Source: an uncultured Bacteroidota bacterium
GTDB lineage: Bacteria; CLD3; SB21
NCBI GenBank assembly: GCA_964415295.1
Contig: CAYPYN010000002.1
Coordinates: 24,485 to 88,484, forward strand
Reading direction: 5' to 3'
DNA: 64,000 nt
The position numbers and the translations under genes were made by a program. Shown here piece by piece: positions 38,869 through 48,370 of this stretch; the first letter of the stretch is position 1; each line of letters starts with the position of its first letter. A model generated the notes under the pieces. That model saw only the letters and a list, made by a program, of their open reading frames with translations. It was not told where the DNA came from and did no database searches.

Positions 38869-38913
38869 TTTCTTTTTGGAAGATTCATAACAACTCAGAC
38901 TTAGAAAATATGA

Positions 38914-39576
38914 TTACTTCTTCTTAAGAACGATATGCGCCGCTTTTTCAGACGGCATATAGTCAACGGTCTCATATCCGAGTTGGGATAAATTGATACC
39001 GTGCCACAAACTCTCACCATTGCCAAGCAATACGGGCGATACCGCGATATGCATTTCGTCCACTAACTTTGCGCTCAGATATTGCCGGATAGTATTCACG
39101 CCGCCGCCTAAACGGATGTCCTTTCCTTTGGCGCCCGCCCTGGCCAACTTCAGAGCGGCTTCGATCCCGTCGGTGATAAAGTGAAATGTGGTTCCTCCCT
39201 CCATCTCAATGGACGGCCTCGCATGATGGGTCAATATATAAACGGGTGTATGGTAAGGCGGATTATTTCCCCACCACCCTTTCCACGATTCATCTTGCCA
39301 GGGGCCTCTTATCGGACCGAACATATTACGTCCCAGTATCCATGCTCCGATATTTTCAAATCCTTTCACTGCAAAATTATTATCAATGCCTGTGGAACCG
39401 CCCTGACTGCCGCTGCCGAGCATCTCGCCGTGCATAGCCTGGAATGTCTTCGTATGCAAGACCCACTCATGCAAGGCCATGCCGCCCACGCCCATGGGAT
39501 TTTCAAGGCTTTGATCGGGCCCGGCTCCAAATCCGTCAATGGAAACGCTATAACACAAAACTTTTAATTTGCTCAT
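38914..39576 (-). CDS. Dihydrofolate-reductase-family protein (RibD C-terminal-domain-like)
   Basis: 220-aa product with pattern typical of DHFR-like/YwjB proteins (VSIDGFGAGPDQS...). Confidence 0.5.
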   Translation of the reverse strand: MSKLKVLCYSVSIDGFGAGPDQSLENPMGVGGMALHEWVLHTKTFQAMHGEMLGSGSQGGSTGIDNNFAVKGFENIGAWILGRNMFGPIRGPWQDESWKGWWGNNPPYHTPVYILTHHARPSIEMEGGTTFHFITDGIEAALKLARAGAKGKDIRLGGGVNTIRQYLSAKLVDEMHIAVSPVLLGNGESLWHGINLSQLGYETVDYMPSEKAAHIVLKKK

Positions 39577-39631
39577 CGGTTTCTTTCTTTTGTCTGTGAA
39601 TTAATACTATTCAAACATCTTATCACAGATC

Positions 39632-40225
39632 TCATAGCCAGATCATCACAATACTCATGATCATCAGAACGAACAGGACCAATCCCAATGCACGATTCGC
39701 TTTTTCCGATCTCAGTATTTTCGATATCAGATCGCCAAAGAGGATCCATGAGATCATGCAGGGAACACCGACCAGTCCAAATGTAATGGCAAATAGGAAT
39801 ACACTCAAATGAATATTTTCAAGGTGTGGCAGAAATGCGCCCGCGCCGGTGATCGCCATGATCCATGCTTTCGGGTTTACGAACTGCAGGAACAGTCCCT
39901 GAAAAAAACCGATCTTCGCACGGGATTCTACCGAGATATCCGAGCTGAGTTTGCTCAAAACGAATGCGAGGTAGAACAGCCAGACCGAACTTATGATCTT
40001 CAGGGCCAAACCAATAGCAGCGCTTTTTGTGATGAGCTCGGCGATACCATAGCCGGAGGCATAAAGCAGAATAAAGAAGCCAAAAAAAATACCGGACATC
40101 AATTTGCTGGAATCTTTGAATCCATACGTCTTGCCATACGAAAAAAGCAAATAGTTATTCGGTCCCGGCGTAATGGAAGTTACAAAGGCAAATATCAGAT
40201 ATCCTGTAATGTTCAATTCCGGCAT
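39632..40225 (-). CDS. LysE/RhtB family amino-acid efflux translocator
   Basis: 197-aa protein with six hydrophobic segments and LysE-type N-terminal motif (ITPGPNN). Confidence 0.6.
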   Translation of the reverse strand: MPELNITGYLIFAFVTSITPGPNNYLLFSYGKTYGFKDSSKLMSGIFFGFFILLYASGYGIAELITKSAAIGLALKIISSVWLFYLAFVLSKLSSDISVESRAKIGFFQGLFLQFVNPKAWIMAITGAGAFLPHLENIHLSVFLFAITFGLVGVPCMISWILFGDLISKILRSEKANRALGLVLFVLMIMSIVMIWL

Positions 40226-40545
40226 GGGAATGGGTCTGAACGATGGAAGACTATGTTCATTTATCGTTTTGTGTCAATTGGTACTGATTGCGGTTAGTCC
40301 AATAGATCATAACCATGATTCCCGGAAACAAAAGAACCAGCTATGAATACTGAAAATGTAGTTATCCGATTACGATTAGTCAACTCTAATCCATATTTGC
40401 ATTTTGTGAATTCTTTCACTATATTTTATACACTCATTCACACCACCGTTTCTTAATTCAGAGACGCTCTCTGAAACACGGCATGATCTCCTCAGTTCAA
40501 AAAATACTCCCCCCATTACCACCTCACCTGCAGAAAGGAAGGACT

Positions 40546-42318
40546 ATGAAAAGACTATCGTTTCTCCTGCTGCTGATCGCCTGTTTTACCTTTGTTACCG
40601 CAGACACCTACGGACAGCTGGACCTGGGCAAAGGCAAAGACCTGATCAAGAAAAAAGACAAAAAGAAGGATGAGAAGAAAACCGAGAACAAAGAAACAAA
40701 GAAGACGGATGAAAGCTCCGCTCAAAAAGCCGAATCCGTAAACGCCAAATCCGGCGATACCGGATCCAACGACTGCGAAAAACTTTACAAGACCCTTGAG
40801 AATAATATCGATGCCATAGAAAAGGCCTATGAAAAAAAGAAGGACTATTCAAACTACTTCAATCAGGCGCAGGCCAACTTCGAGGAACTGGAGAAAAAAT
40901 GCCCAAAAACCGATGTCAGCGTTCTCGAACTGAGATTCCGTGCCGTTATGGGTAAAATCGATGAGGCCGAACAACCTGTCGTCGTAAACAAAGATGCGAT
41001 GTGGAAGGAACACGAGACCTTCATGCAGAAATTCCGGGAGGATGCGTACGCTTTGTACAACTCGAGCGTTAATCCCGATTACGCCGTTTCCAACGCCGAC
41101 GGATTCTACAAACAGGCTGTGGCCCTGAACTACGATACGCGCAAAGTACTCGCCGATTCGATCGTCTATAAAGTTTGGAAACCTAATGAACTGGAGCGCG
41201 GAACCATATGGAACAATTACGTCTGGGTTGCTAAGAATTTCTGGGAATTGTACAACGAAAAAGTGGACAAGGAAATAGAGCCTTTTATTAACGAATGTCT
41301 GCGTAATGCCCTGAATAGCAAAAATTCCGGGACCGATATTGCGGCGGGAAAGAATTGGGCGTACAGCGCCTCCATGATGGTCAAAGCCATGTATGCGATC
41401 AATCCCGAATCGCAGACGGCGGGCCGATACAAGAAGGATGCGGACAATCTCTATGCCGAATTGCGGGGCCGCATCGGCGCAAAATATTTTACCAGTAAAC
41501 TGCACGAAGAGAATGCCATGAAAGTGGTCTTTTCCAAAAAACCGATCACAATAAAAGCCGAGGATCCTGCAAGTTTTACCAATACTTTCAATGCAGGCGA
41601 TCCGATCTACGCCATGGGTTATTTTGAGACGGACCTGGCCACGTCATGTTCCAACCGTATGACCTACTGGCTCAACGTGTTCGTAGACATTCCGGCTTAT
41701 TATACAGGCACGGCCGATTTTTACGCTTCCTATCCGGTCACCGCGGTCAACGGAAAACAATCGTATGTCTTTGCGGAGATCGTGACGCCTATTGAAGCCA
41801 ATCATCAGCCGGAGTGTCTGGATCTCATGAAGGGATTCAAGAACCTCAAACCCGGAAAACATGTGATCCAGATCGATATCACGAACTACAGCGGCAACCC
41901 GATGGCCACGGGCAAATTCACGCTGGACTGCGCGTTCGACGGCATGGCAAAACTGGACGCCATGATCAAGCCGTATGAAGAAAAATTAATAGAATCGGTA
42001 CGTATGCCGAAAGCAGCAATCAGCAATCCCGCGCTGGAACAGAATATGAAGAATGTACTGAAGGAGATCTATCCCGACGAGACAGCCTTGCGCGTAGTGA
42101 TCACCGACAAGGACTGGACGTATGAGCGTAATGCGATAACAGGCATCATCGAATTCCGCTATATCGGAACGACCGTAGCGATCAAGAGAGCCAACGGCGA
42201 GTGCCTACTGTACGATATTTCCTTCAAGCAGGATTACAACGGGGCGACCTACGGCGATCTCTGGAAATACGGCGTTGGAGGTAATCAGCCGATCAAGTGT
42301 GAGAATGTAATGAAATGA
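40546..42318 (+). CDS. Hypothetical secreted protein with Lys-rich low-complexity region
   Basis: ATG at 40546 preceded by AAAGGAAGG; signal peptide MKRLSFLLLLIACFTFVTA; Lys-rich stretch (KKKDKKKDEKKTENKETKK); about 590 aa without recognised motifs. Confidence 0.5.
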   Translation: MKRLSFLLLLIACFTFVTADTYGQLDLGKGKDLIKKKDKKKDEKKTENKETKKTDESSAQKAESVNAKSGDTGSNDCEKLYKTLENNIDAIEKAYEKKKDYSNYFNQAQANFEELEKKCPKTDVSVLELRFRAVMGKIDEAEQPVVVNKDAMWKEHETFMQKFREDAYALYNSSVNPDYAVSNADGFYKQAVALNYDTRKVLADSIVYKVWKPNELERGTIWNNYVWVAKNFWELYNEKVDKEIEPFINECLRNALNSKNSGTDIAAGKNWAYSASMMVKAMYAINPESQTAGRYKKDADNLYAELRGRIGAKYFTSKLHEENAMKVVFSKKPITIKAEDPASFTNTFNAGDPIYAMGYFETDLATSCSNRMTYWLNVFVDIPAYYTGTADFYASYPVTAVNGKQSYVFAEIVTPIEANHQPECLDLMKGFKNLKPGKHVIQIDITNYSGNPMATGKFTLDCAFDGMAKLDAMIKPYEEKLIESVRMPKAAISNPALEQNMKNVLKEIYPDETALRVVITDKDWTYERNAITGIIEFRYIGTTVAIKRANGECLLYDISFKQDYNGATYGDLWKYGVGGNQPIKCENVMK

Positions 42319-42391
42319 TCCCTGCGGTGTGTTGTGGTTGGGTGCGCCGTTTAAATGAGGGTTAGACACGCATCCGAATGAATAGAGGCTG

Positions 42392-42424
42392 AAAGCCCCT
42401 AAAACGAACAGTTTTAGGGGCTTT
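42392..42424 (+). terminator. Rho-independent terminator
   Basis: Stem AAAGCCCCTAAAAC / GTTTTAGGGGCTTT with short loop followed by CTCTTT. Confidence 0.7.
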
Positions 42425-42475
42425 CTCTTTAATATTAGGCGGTAGTTGGGACGTTACATACAGAACAATACATGT

Positions 42476-42669
42476 TTATACTTTCTTTTGCTTAACGAAT
42501 ATCGAAACGACCATGGATACGCCGATTATAGACACGATTGTCATCAGAGACCAGCTGATCGGGAATTTTCCGCCAAACGCTTCATTTAACCAGGCCATCT
42601 TAAGTCCGACAAAAACAAGAACAATTCCCAGTCCATACTTCAGATAGCGGAACTTCTCTATTATTCCCG
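42476..42669 (-). pseudogene. Orphan C-terminal fragment resembling TerC-family membrane proteins
   Basis: Open frame bounded upstream by TAG encodes ...RYLKYGLGIVLVFVGLKMAWLNEAFGGKFPISWSLMTIVSIIGVSMVVSIFVKQKKV; only an internal ATG (42599) is available and there is no room for the rest of a TerC-sized protein before tspO. Confidence 0.3.
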
Positions 42670-42696
42670 CCTATCGGCGGTCAGTTCATACATGAC

Positions 42697-43179
42697 TTAA
42701 TTCAAGACATAATAACCGCTATTCAGAATTGCGGCAAAGCTGACCCAGAGCAAGTATGGGATGTTCAAGTACGCGGCCAACGGCCTTACTTTATGGAACA
42801 GATACATCATTGAGACAATGCTGATCCACAAAAGAAGGATCTCCAAAAGAGCAACGCCGATCAACTTGAAATAAAAGAATAGAAAACTCCATGCAAAGTT
42901 CAGCAGCATCTGGATTGAGAATACGGTGATAGCCAGTAGTCTTTCTTTTGATGCCTGCTCTTTCCAAATGAGAAACAATGAAATTCCCAGAAGTATGTAC
43001 AGAGAGGTCCATACCGGACCGAATACCCAATTAGGAGGACTAAAGGAGGGTTTGTTCAACGTTGCATACCATGTGGGGACTTCCTGAGAAGTGAACATTC
43101 CTGCTACAGCGCCAACCGACAAGGGTAACAACAACGAAACACTTAGTTTGATAATGTTCGGTATATTGGCCATAAACAT
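42697..43179 (-). CDS. tspO: TspO/MBR tryptophan-rich sensory protein
   Basis: 160-aa five-helix protein with conserved Trp/Pro pattern of TspO (WYATLNKPSFSPPNWVFGPVWTSLY...). Confidence 0.8.
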   Translation of the reverse strand: MFMANIPNIIKLSVSLLLPLSVGAVAGMFTSQEVPTWYATLNKPSFSPPNWVFGPVWTSLYILLGISLFLIWKEQASKERLLAITVFSIQMLLNFAWSFLFFYFKLIGVALLEILLLWISIVSMMYLFHKVRPLAAYLNIPYLLWVSFAAILNSGYYVLN

Positions 43180-43199
43180 TCCTATCTTTTCAGGCTATT

Positions 43200-43949
43200 C
43201 TAAAATGTATAGGATACCCCAACGGCCACGTAATGGAATAAGGAAAAAGTATATACTTCATCATTATCCGCGCCTCCTTCCAGTATACGATACCCGGCTT
43301 TGATCCCAAGCCGATCGGACAAGTCATAGGATGCAGCGCATAGCACATCTATGGCTCTTCCCTGCGGAGCCGCGAGCGCATCGCCTTCCAAGAGAAAACC
43401 AAGCTTTTCGTGTGAACGCCAGAATAATCTGAAATTGATGATCGGTACAAAACCAACATTGGATTTCTCACCGAAAACTCCCTGAGACGAAAGCGCAATT
43501 CTCGCATCTCTGATCTTTGCCGTAAATCCTAACCCGCATTCGAGGCCGGGATTCCGCACAAAATCGTAACGGTACGTTAACCTGTATGAATTGAATTTGT
43601 AGGAACCTCTCAGATCGCTATTTGCGAGAAATGTCTTTCCGGCAAATTCAACATCTTGGTCAATTCGCCCTTTGGATTTCACGGTCAATGGGGCGAGTAA
43701 TAAAGACAGAGTATGGGCCGAACCAAAAGTGTAATTGAGTTTCATCCTATAGAAAATACCGGAACTCGGCTTCAGATCATCTTTCAAGGAAATAAGAGTA
43801 CCCCCGTCACCCGGTATGCGTATATCATTGTAACCGGTGCTGACAAGGCCTGTTTCAATATCCATACTTGCCTGGGCATGCAATGGCGGCGTCAGACAAC
43901 CGCTTAGCCATACCATCACTACTGCAGCCAGTAAAATTCTTATTTTCAT
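43200..43949 (-). CDS. Hypothetical outer-membrane beta-barrel protein
   Basis: Signal peptide; alternating beta pattern; C-terminal ...VAVGVSYTF ending in Phe. Confidence 0.4.
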   Translation of the reverse strand: MKIRILLAAVVMVWLSGCLTPPLHAQASMDIETGLVSTGYNDIRIPGDGGTLISLKDDLKPSSGIFYRMKLNYTFGSAHTLSLLLAPLTVKSKGRIDQDVEFAGKTFLANSDLRGSYKFNSYRLTYRYDFVRNPGLECGLGFTAKIRDARIALSSQGVFGEKSNVGFVPIINFRLFWRSHEKLGFLLEGDALAAPQGRAIDVLCAASYDLSDRLGIKAGYRILEGGADNDEVYTFSLFHYVAVGVSYTF

Positions 43950-44033
43950 TGTTCCTGAATCCGCTTTAGTTTCTTAATGATCCTTAATGAGATCACAATT
44001 GATGTCCCTGAGCATAAAATGGAACGGGACTTT

Positions 44034-44846
44034 TCAATTCCCTCTTTTCGTCAGTTTCTCTTCCATCTTTATGATCTGCTCTTTCAGCCGTTGTATATCT
44101 TCTCTCAACTCATGGTTTTCATCCTGGATCAAATGTCCGATCTTTTCAACGCCCTCTTCGTTTGTCTTTTGCTGCACTTCGCTCATGGTATTGACCACGA
44201 TCGCAATGAAAATATTCAGCGTGGTATAAGAAGCGAGCAGAATGAATATGATGAAATATATATTGGCGAGAGGAAATTCCTTCATAATTTCCCTGGATAT
44301 CTCAGCCCATCCTTCAAGTGTCATTATCTGGAATAAGGAAAACATTGAGGCCCCAAGACTGCCGAACCATTCCGGAAAAGCGGCGCCAAAGAGTTTTGTG
44401 CCGATGACGGCAAATACATAGAACACAAGGGCCAGCAAGACAAAGATCCATCCAAGGCTGGGCAGCGAATGAAGAAGCGACTCAACTATGAAGCGCAGCT
44501 TCGGTACATTCTTGATAAGACGCAGAGACCTGAAAATCCTTAATGATCTTAATACAGCCAGCGTCCCGGACTCGGGAAGAAGAGCAATGGCTACGATTGA
44601 AAAATCGAACACGTTCCAGCCGCTTCTGAAAAATGAAAACCCATGAGCGTACAGCTTCAAAAGTATTTCCAGAACAAAAACGGTCAGAATTATGCTGTCA
44701 ATTAAGAGAAGCGTGTCCCCGATCGACGACATTACTTTATCGGAGGTCTCAAAGCCTATCGTAATTGAATTAAAAACGATCAATCCTATAATAGAATTCT
44801 GAACGTATTTACTTTCAACAAAAGTTTTGAGTCTTTCCCTGTTCAT
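44034..44846 (-). CDS. Voltage-gated cation channel, NaChBac/BacNaV family
   Basis: Single six-TM domain; S4 with Arg every third residue (LRSLRIFRSLRLIK); pore segment FQIMTLEGWAEI (compare NaChBac FQVVTLESWAS); C-terminal coiled coil. Confidence 0.7.
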   Translation of the reverse strand: MNRERLKTFVESKYVQNSIIGLIVFNSITIGFETSDKVMSSIGDTLLLIDSIILTVFVLEILLKLYAHGFSFFRSGWNVFDFSIVAIALLPESGTLAVLRSLRIFRSLRLIKNVPKLRFIVESLLHSLPSLGWIFVLLALVFYVFAVIGTKLFGAAFPEWFGSLGASMFSLFQIMTLEGWAEISREIMKEFPLANIYFIIFILLASYTTLNIFIAIVVNTMSEVQQKTNEEGVEKIGHLIQDENHELREDIQRLKEQIIKMEEKLTKRGN

Positions 44847-45086
44847 TTCTTCAATAGTTAGTATTTAAGGCATTCCGGTTGATTCATAAGAGTATAATAC
44901 AATCACTTTTTGATTCCAATACCCTATCCGGAGACATAAAGCAGAATAAAGAAACCAGATGATACCGGACATCAACTCTGCAGGAATCAGAGTTCATCCT
45001 GGTCTAGTAGTGGAAACCTTAATTCTAACTCTTTACTAATACAATTGAGTCGGGCCACCTTCTCAATTCTCATTGACCAGGTCGTT

Positions 45087-46001
45087 CTAGTCCTTAACGC
45101 ATCGCACATTAAAGCCGTGCAAAGCAACATGCCAGATTTGTGCCACATTGGCATAACTATAGCCCAAAGAAATGGTCCACGCTGCTACACCACCATCAGC
45201 TGACCACCACGTGCTGTAGAGTCTAACGTCATCAAAATTGCCTTGGTAACCTCGGAAACCACCCGGAAGCGCCGTAAAACCCGACTCATTAGTTGCTCCC
45301 ACATTAGGGCTCGTCCAGTGTCCTGATCCCTCCTCTTTAAGCTTTCCTCCAGCCACATCTGTCCCACCTAAGAACGTTATCAAAGTCTTCCACTCCTCTA
45401 AACTCGGAATATGCCAACCCGGAGGGGCGGATATCATCGCATTTTCCCAATTGTATAAACGTCCATAAACATTATAAGTTGAAGAGTCGTCATTGTAATA
45501 CCATGACCCACTTGCAGTCTGATATTCCAAATTCTCTGACATCCACGTCTGCGTTCCAATAGTCACTGTTTTATATAACCGGCCATCACGGGAATCGGTG
45601 AAAGTTCCAGTCTGATAGAATGCACTTGTCGTCAAGGCTACTTGCAAACCATAACTTGTCGCAACGCTGTTTGTCGCATACGCTCTGAAATAGTATGTCG
45701 TGTTTGGGATCAATCCCGTAATGTGACTAGTGAACGATCCAGTTCCCATGCCTTCAGTTGTTTTGTTATCTTCAATTGTGGGACTTGGAAACGTACTCCA
45801 ACATATTCCTCTTACTGTAACAGTATCACCGCCATCGTCGGTTACATTGCCTCCAACACTTGCCGACACGGGCCACGCGTGCATTATCGGATTTGTGTCA
45901 ACCGTTGGAGGAAGGTCCACAGTCACAAAGTCCGTACAAGCCACGCTGTTTGATAGAACCAAAATCACTGCAAGTTGAAAGAGGCTTCTGAATGCACCCA
46001 T
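45087..46001 (-). CDS. Fibrobacter succinogenes major paralogous domain (FISUMP) lipoprotein
   Basis: ATG at 46001; lipoprotein signal (LVLSNSVAC); FISUMP-type motifs (GRLYNWENAM, GWHIPSLEEWKTL). Confidence 0.6.
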   Translation of the reverse strand: MGAFRSLFQLAVILVLSNSVACTDFVTVDLPPTVDTNPIMHAWPVSASVGGNVTDDGGDTVTVRGICWSTFPSPTIEDNKTTEGMGTGSFTSHITGLIPNTTYYFRAYATNSVATSYGLQVALTTSAFYQTGTFTDSRDGRLYKTVTIGTQTWMSENLEYQTASGSWYYNDDSSTYNVYGRLYNWENAMISAPPGWHIPSLEEWKTLITFLGGTDVAGGKLKEEGSGHWTSPNVGATNESGFTALPGGFRGYQGNFDDVRLYSTWWSADGGVAAWTISLGYSYANVAQIWHVALHGFNVRCVKD

Positions 46002-46105
46002 GTCTTTACCTTTGTTGCTATGATGCTGACTAATACAGCGGTTCAGAAACAATTTGCACAGGGCACAATCAATCGTCTTAAAACCCTCTGCAATGCAATA
46101 GAGCC

Positions 46106-46843
46106 CTATTTCGATTCTGACCGCACTTTGGAATATATGCTTTTACTTTGGCTGACTTTCGATGTAAAAGTACCCCTGTTTCTAACCGTGATACCTCCAT
46201 TTTTCACATCGTAACTCTTCTTGGCAAGAATAGCATAGTTGATCAACCATGTCGCCAAAGCACCCGCCGCAAATATGTATGATTGCTTGCGCTGTGCAAC
46301 AGCTTTACTGTAATACTTTTCTTTAAGTTTCTTCCTATAATCACTGTAATTCTTCTCAGCTGAATACTCGTATACAATACTTGCTGCGAGTGAGGTATAG
46401 CCCAACGCTCCCCATAACAAGTTCAATTTTTCGCCTGTCAATTCATACGTACCATAGCCGGGATATTTGGTCGAATACCACATATTCTGACCAATGTCAT
46501 TTGGCAACAATCTCACGGCACTGACTTCAAATGCGATCTCCAGTTCCTTTGCGTAAGGAAAATCATCACGCCATTTCCAGATTATCTCTTTCTGACCCCC
46601 CCCTTTAACGTTACGAATGTCACCGCTCACACTCTTCAGATGGAATCTTTGCCTTCCTTTGTCTATTGCCACACATGTCACATAATAATCCTCCTGGAGC
46701 ATGCTGCCTGAGATGTCATATGTAATGCGAAGACTGTCATTCATATTGACGAAATCGACGTTAGTGATCAGGCCTCCTTTCAACTGGCCAAACAAACAAC
46801 ACGGCATAACCGTCAAGGCAAATAGCATGGTAAAAGTTCTCAT
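46106..46843 (-). CDS. Hypothetical protein (signal peptide, C-terminal hydrophobic segment)
   Basis: ATG at 46843 (MRTFTMLFALTV...); no recognised family. Confidence 0.35.
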   Translation of the reverse strand: MRTFTMLFALTVMPCCLFGQLKGGLITNVDFVNMNDSLRITYDISGSMLQEDYYVTCVAIDKGRQRFHLKSVSGDIRNVKGGGQKEIIWKWRDDFPYAKELEIAFEVSAVRLLPNDIGQNMWYSTKYPGYGTYELTGEKLNLLWGALGYTSLAASIVYEYSAEKNYSDYRKKLKEKYYSKAVAQRKQSYIFAAGALATWLINYAILAKKSYDVKNGGITVRNRGTFTSKVSQSKSIYSKVRSESK

Positions 46844-46984
46844 TCTGTCTCCATTTCGGATACAATAGTCAATGCAATAGGTTTTTGACCGCCATTCATT
46901 AATTCTAGTCAAAATAGCCGAACTTTGCTCTGTGTTCTGACAGTCAACTGTCAAATAGTCCATGATTACATAAGTCAACGTTCA

Positions 46985-48370
46985 TCACTTATGCACCTTC
47001 CTCACGAAATCCTCTACTTCAGGAACACCGCCCTGGAGAACGAGATAACCGTTGTAAGGCTCGCGTTCGGTGATGTCGTAACCGATCGGCGTAAGCATCA
47101 TCTTTTTTACTTCGACGGGATCTTCGGTCTGGCCGAGCACCCAGCCGAGCTTGATATAAGCCGTCTCGGGAAGCATATTGCCCAGCGGCACGACGCCTTT
47201 GGCCATCATGTCGCGCCCGGTGTCATAAACGAACATGTGCACGTAGCCCCAGATCGTCTGCACAACCATGAAGACCGACACGTCCTTGGCTTTGGCCTCT
47301 TCGATGGCAGGATAGAGTTCTTTATTTACATGTCCCAGCCCTGTGCCGACGATGACGATGCCTTTGTAGCCTTTTTCGATCATGGAGAACATCACGTCGG
47401 GTTTCATGCCCGGGTAATAATACAGCATCGTCGCTTTTTCGCTGAAGAACGGATAGATGTCCACATTCTTATCCTTTCGGCGGTGATTGTATTCCTTTTT
47501 GATCGGCGTGATCTTTTTTCTCGTGACCATCGCCACGGGCGTGTCACCGATCGTACGGAAAGTTGATCGATACGACGAATGCATCTTGCGCACGCGCGTG
47601 CCGCGGTGCAGTAAGCCGTATTCATCCGACGTCGGGCCGAACATACACACCATGACTTCCGCGATGTCGGCATTGCCGGCGGTATACATCGCGTGCATGA
47701 GATTCAGCGCCGCATCGGAACTCGGCCGGTCGGACGACCTTTGAGACCCAACCATGATGATGGGCACAGGCGAATTCTGCACCATGTACGTCAGGACGGC
47801 AGCGGTATGCTGGAGCGTGTCCGTGCCGTGGCCGATCACGATGCCGTCGATGCCGTGGCGTATCTCTTTGACAATGGCATGCGCCAGCGCGATGTATTGC
47901 TTCGGGCCCATATTCTCGCTGAATACGGCGAAGATCTTCTCCGTCTCCAGATTGCAGATCTCGGCGAGTTCGGGCACCGCGCCGTAGAGTTCCCCCGGCG
48001 AAAAGGCCGGGATCACGGCGCCCGTTCGGTAGTCGAGCCTCGATGCGATCGTGCCGCCCGTGCCGAATAGTTTCACGTACGGCAGGCCTTTGGTGGTCGG
48101 AAACTGTTTCTCCGGTATCTGGTAATTGGCTTTTTTGTAGCCGGTTTCGCGGATGGCGGTAATGGTCTTCACGTCCACGCCGATATTGTACCCCGACGCG
48201 ATCTTCAGAACGATGTGTTCGTCGTCGGTATTCTCCGCACGCGGGAGTATCGTTCCCTGAAAAAGTCCGCGCGTGGATTCGATATCCACCGACGCCCATA
48301 CGCGGGCCGTGTATTTTTTGAGGACCTCTAAGGCGCGTCCTTTGTAGCCCTGGAATATGTTGTCGCTCAT
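46985..48370 (-). CDS. gatD: Glutamyl-tRNA(Gln) amidotransferase subunit D-like (archaeal-type GatD)
   Basis: 461 aa; GatD-specific N-terminal domain (GYKGRALEVLKKY..., DEHIVLKIASGYNIGV) followed by asparaginase-type domain with GTGGTIAS. Confidence 0.75.
   Translation of the reverse strand: MSDNIFQGYKGRALEVLKKYTARVWASVDIESTRGLFQGTILPRAENTDDEHIVLKIASGYNIGVDVKTITAIRETGYKKANYQIPEKQFPTTKGLPYVKLFGTGGTIASRLDYRTGAVIPAFSPGELYGAVPELAEICNLETEKIFAVFSENMGPKQYIALAHAIVKEIRHGIDGIVIGHGTDTLQHTAAVLTYMVQNSPVPIIMVGSQRSSDRPSSDAALNLMHAMYTAGNADIAEVMVCMFGPTSDEYGLLHRGTRVRKMHSSYRSTFRTIGDTPVAMVTRKKITPIKKEYNHRRKDKNVDIYPFFSEKATMLYYYPGMKPDVMFSMIEKGYKGIVIVGTGLGHVNKELYPAIEEAKAKDVSVFMVVQTIWGYVHMFVYDTGRDMMAKGVVPLGNMLPETAYIKLGWVLGQTEDPVEVKKMMLTPIGYDITEREPYNGYLVLQGGVPEVEDFVRKVHK

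Noticed and set aside
38787-38888. N-terminal extension of the alpha/beta-hydrolase ORF (MNLPKRKSPYIPLFKGGKYKYGTDHSPFQRGLGG)
   Set aside because: This stretch is the translation of the G5/C5 palindromic repeat; a TTG start at 38786 gives a proper lipoprotein signal peptide instead.
47622-48299. 225-aa Arg-rich ORF on the minus strand inside gatD (alternate frame), and similar shadow ORFs inside thrS, rnfC, the PFOR-like gene and the cNMP/CaCA gene
   Set aside because: These are alternate-frame or antisense ORFs within well-supported genes, with biased low-complexity composition (Arg/Gly/His-rich) typical of frame artefacts.
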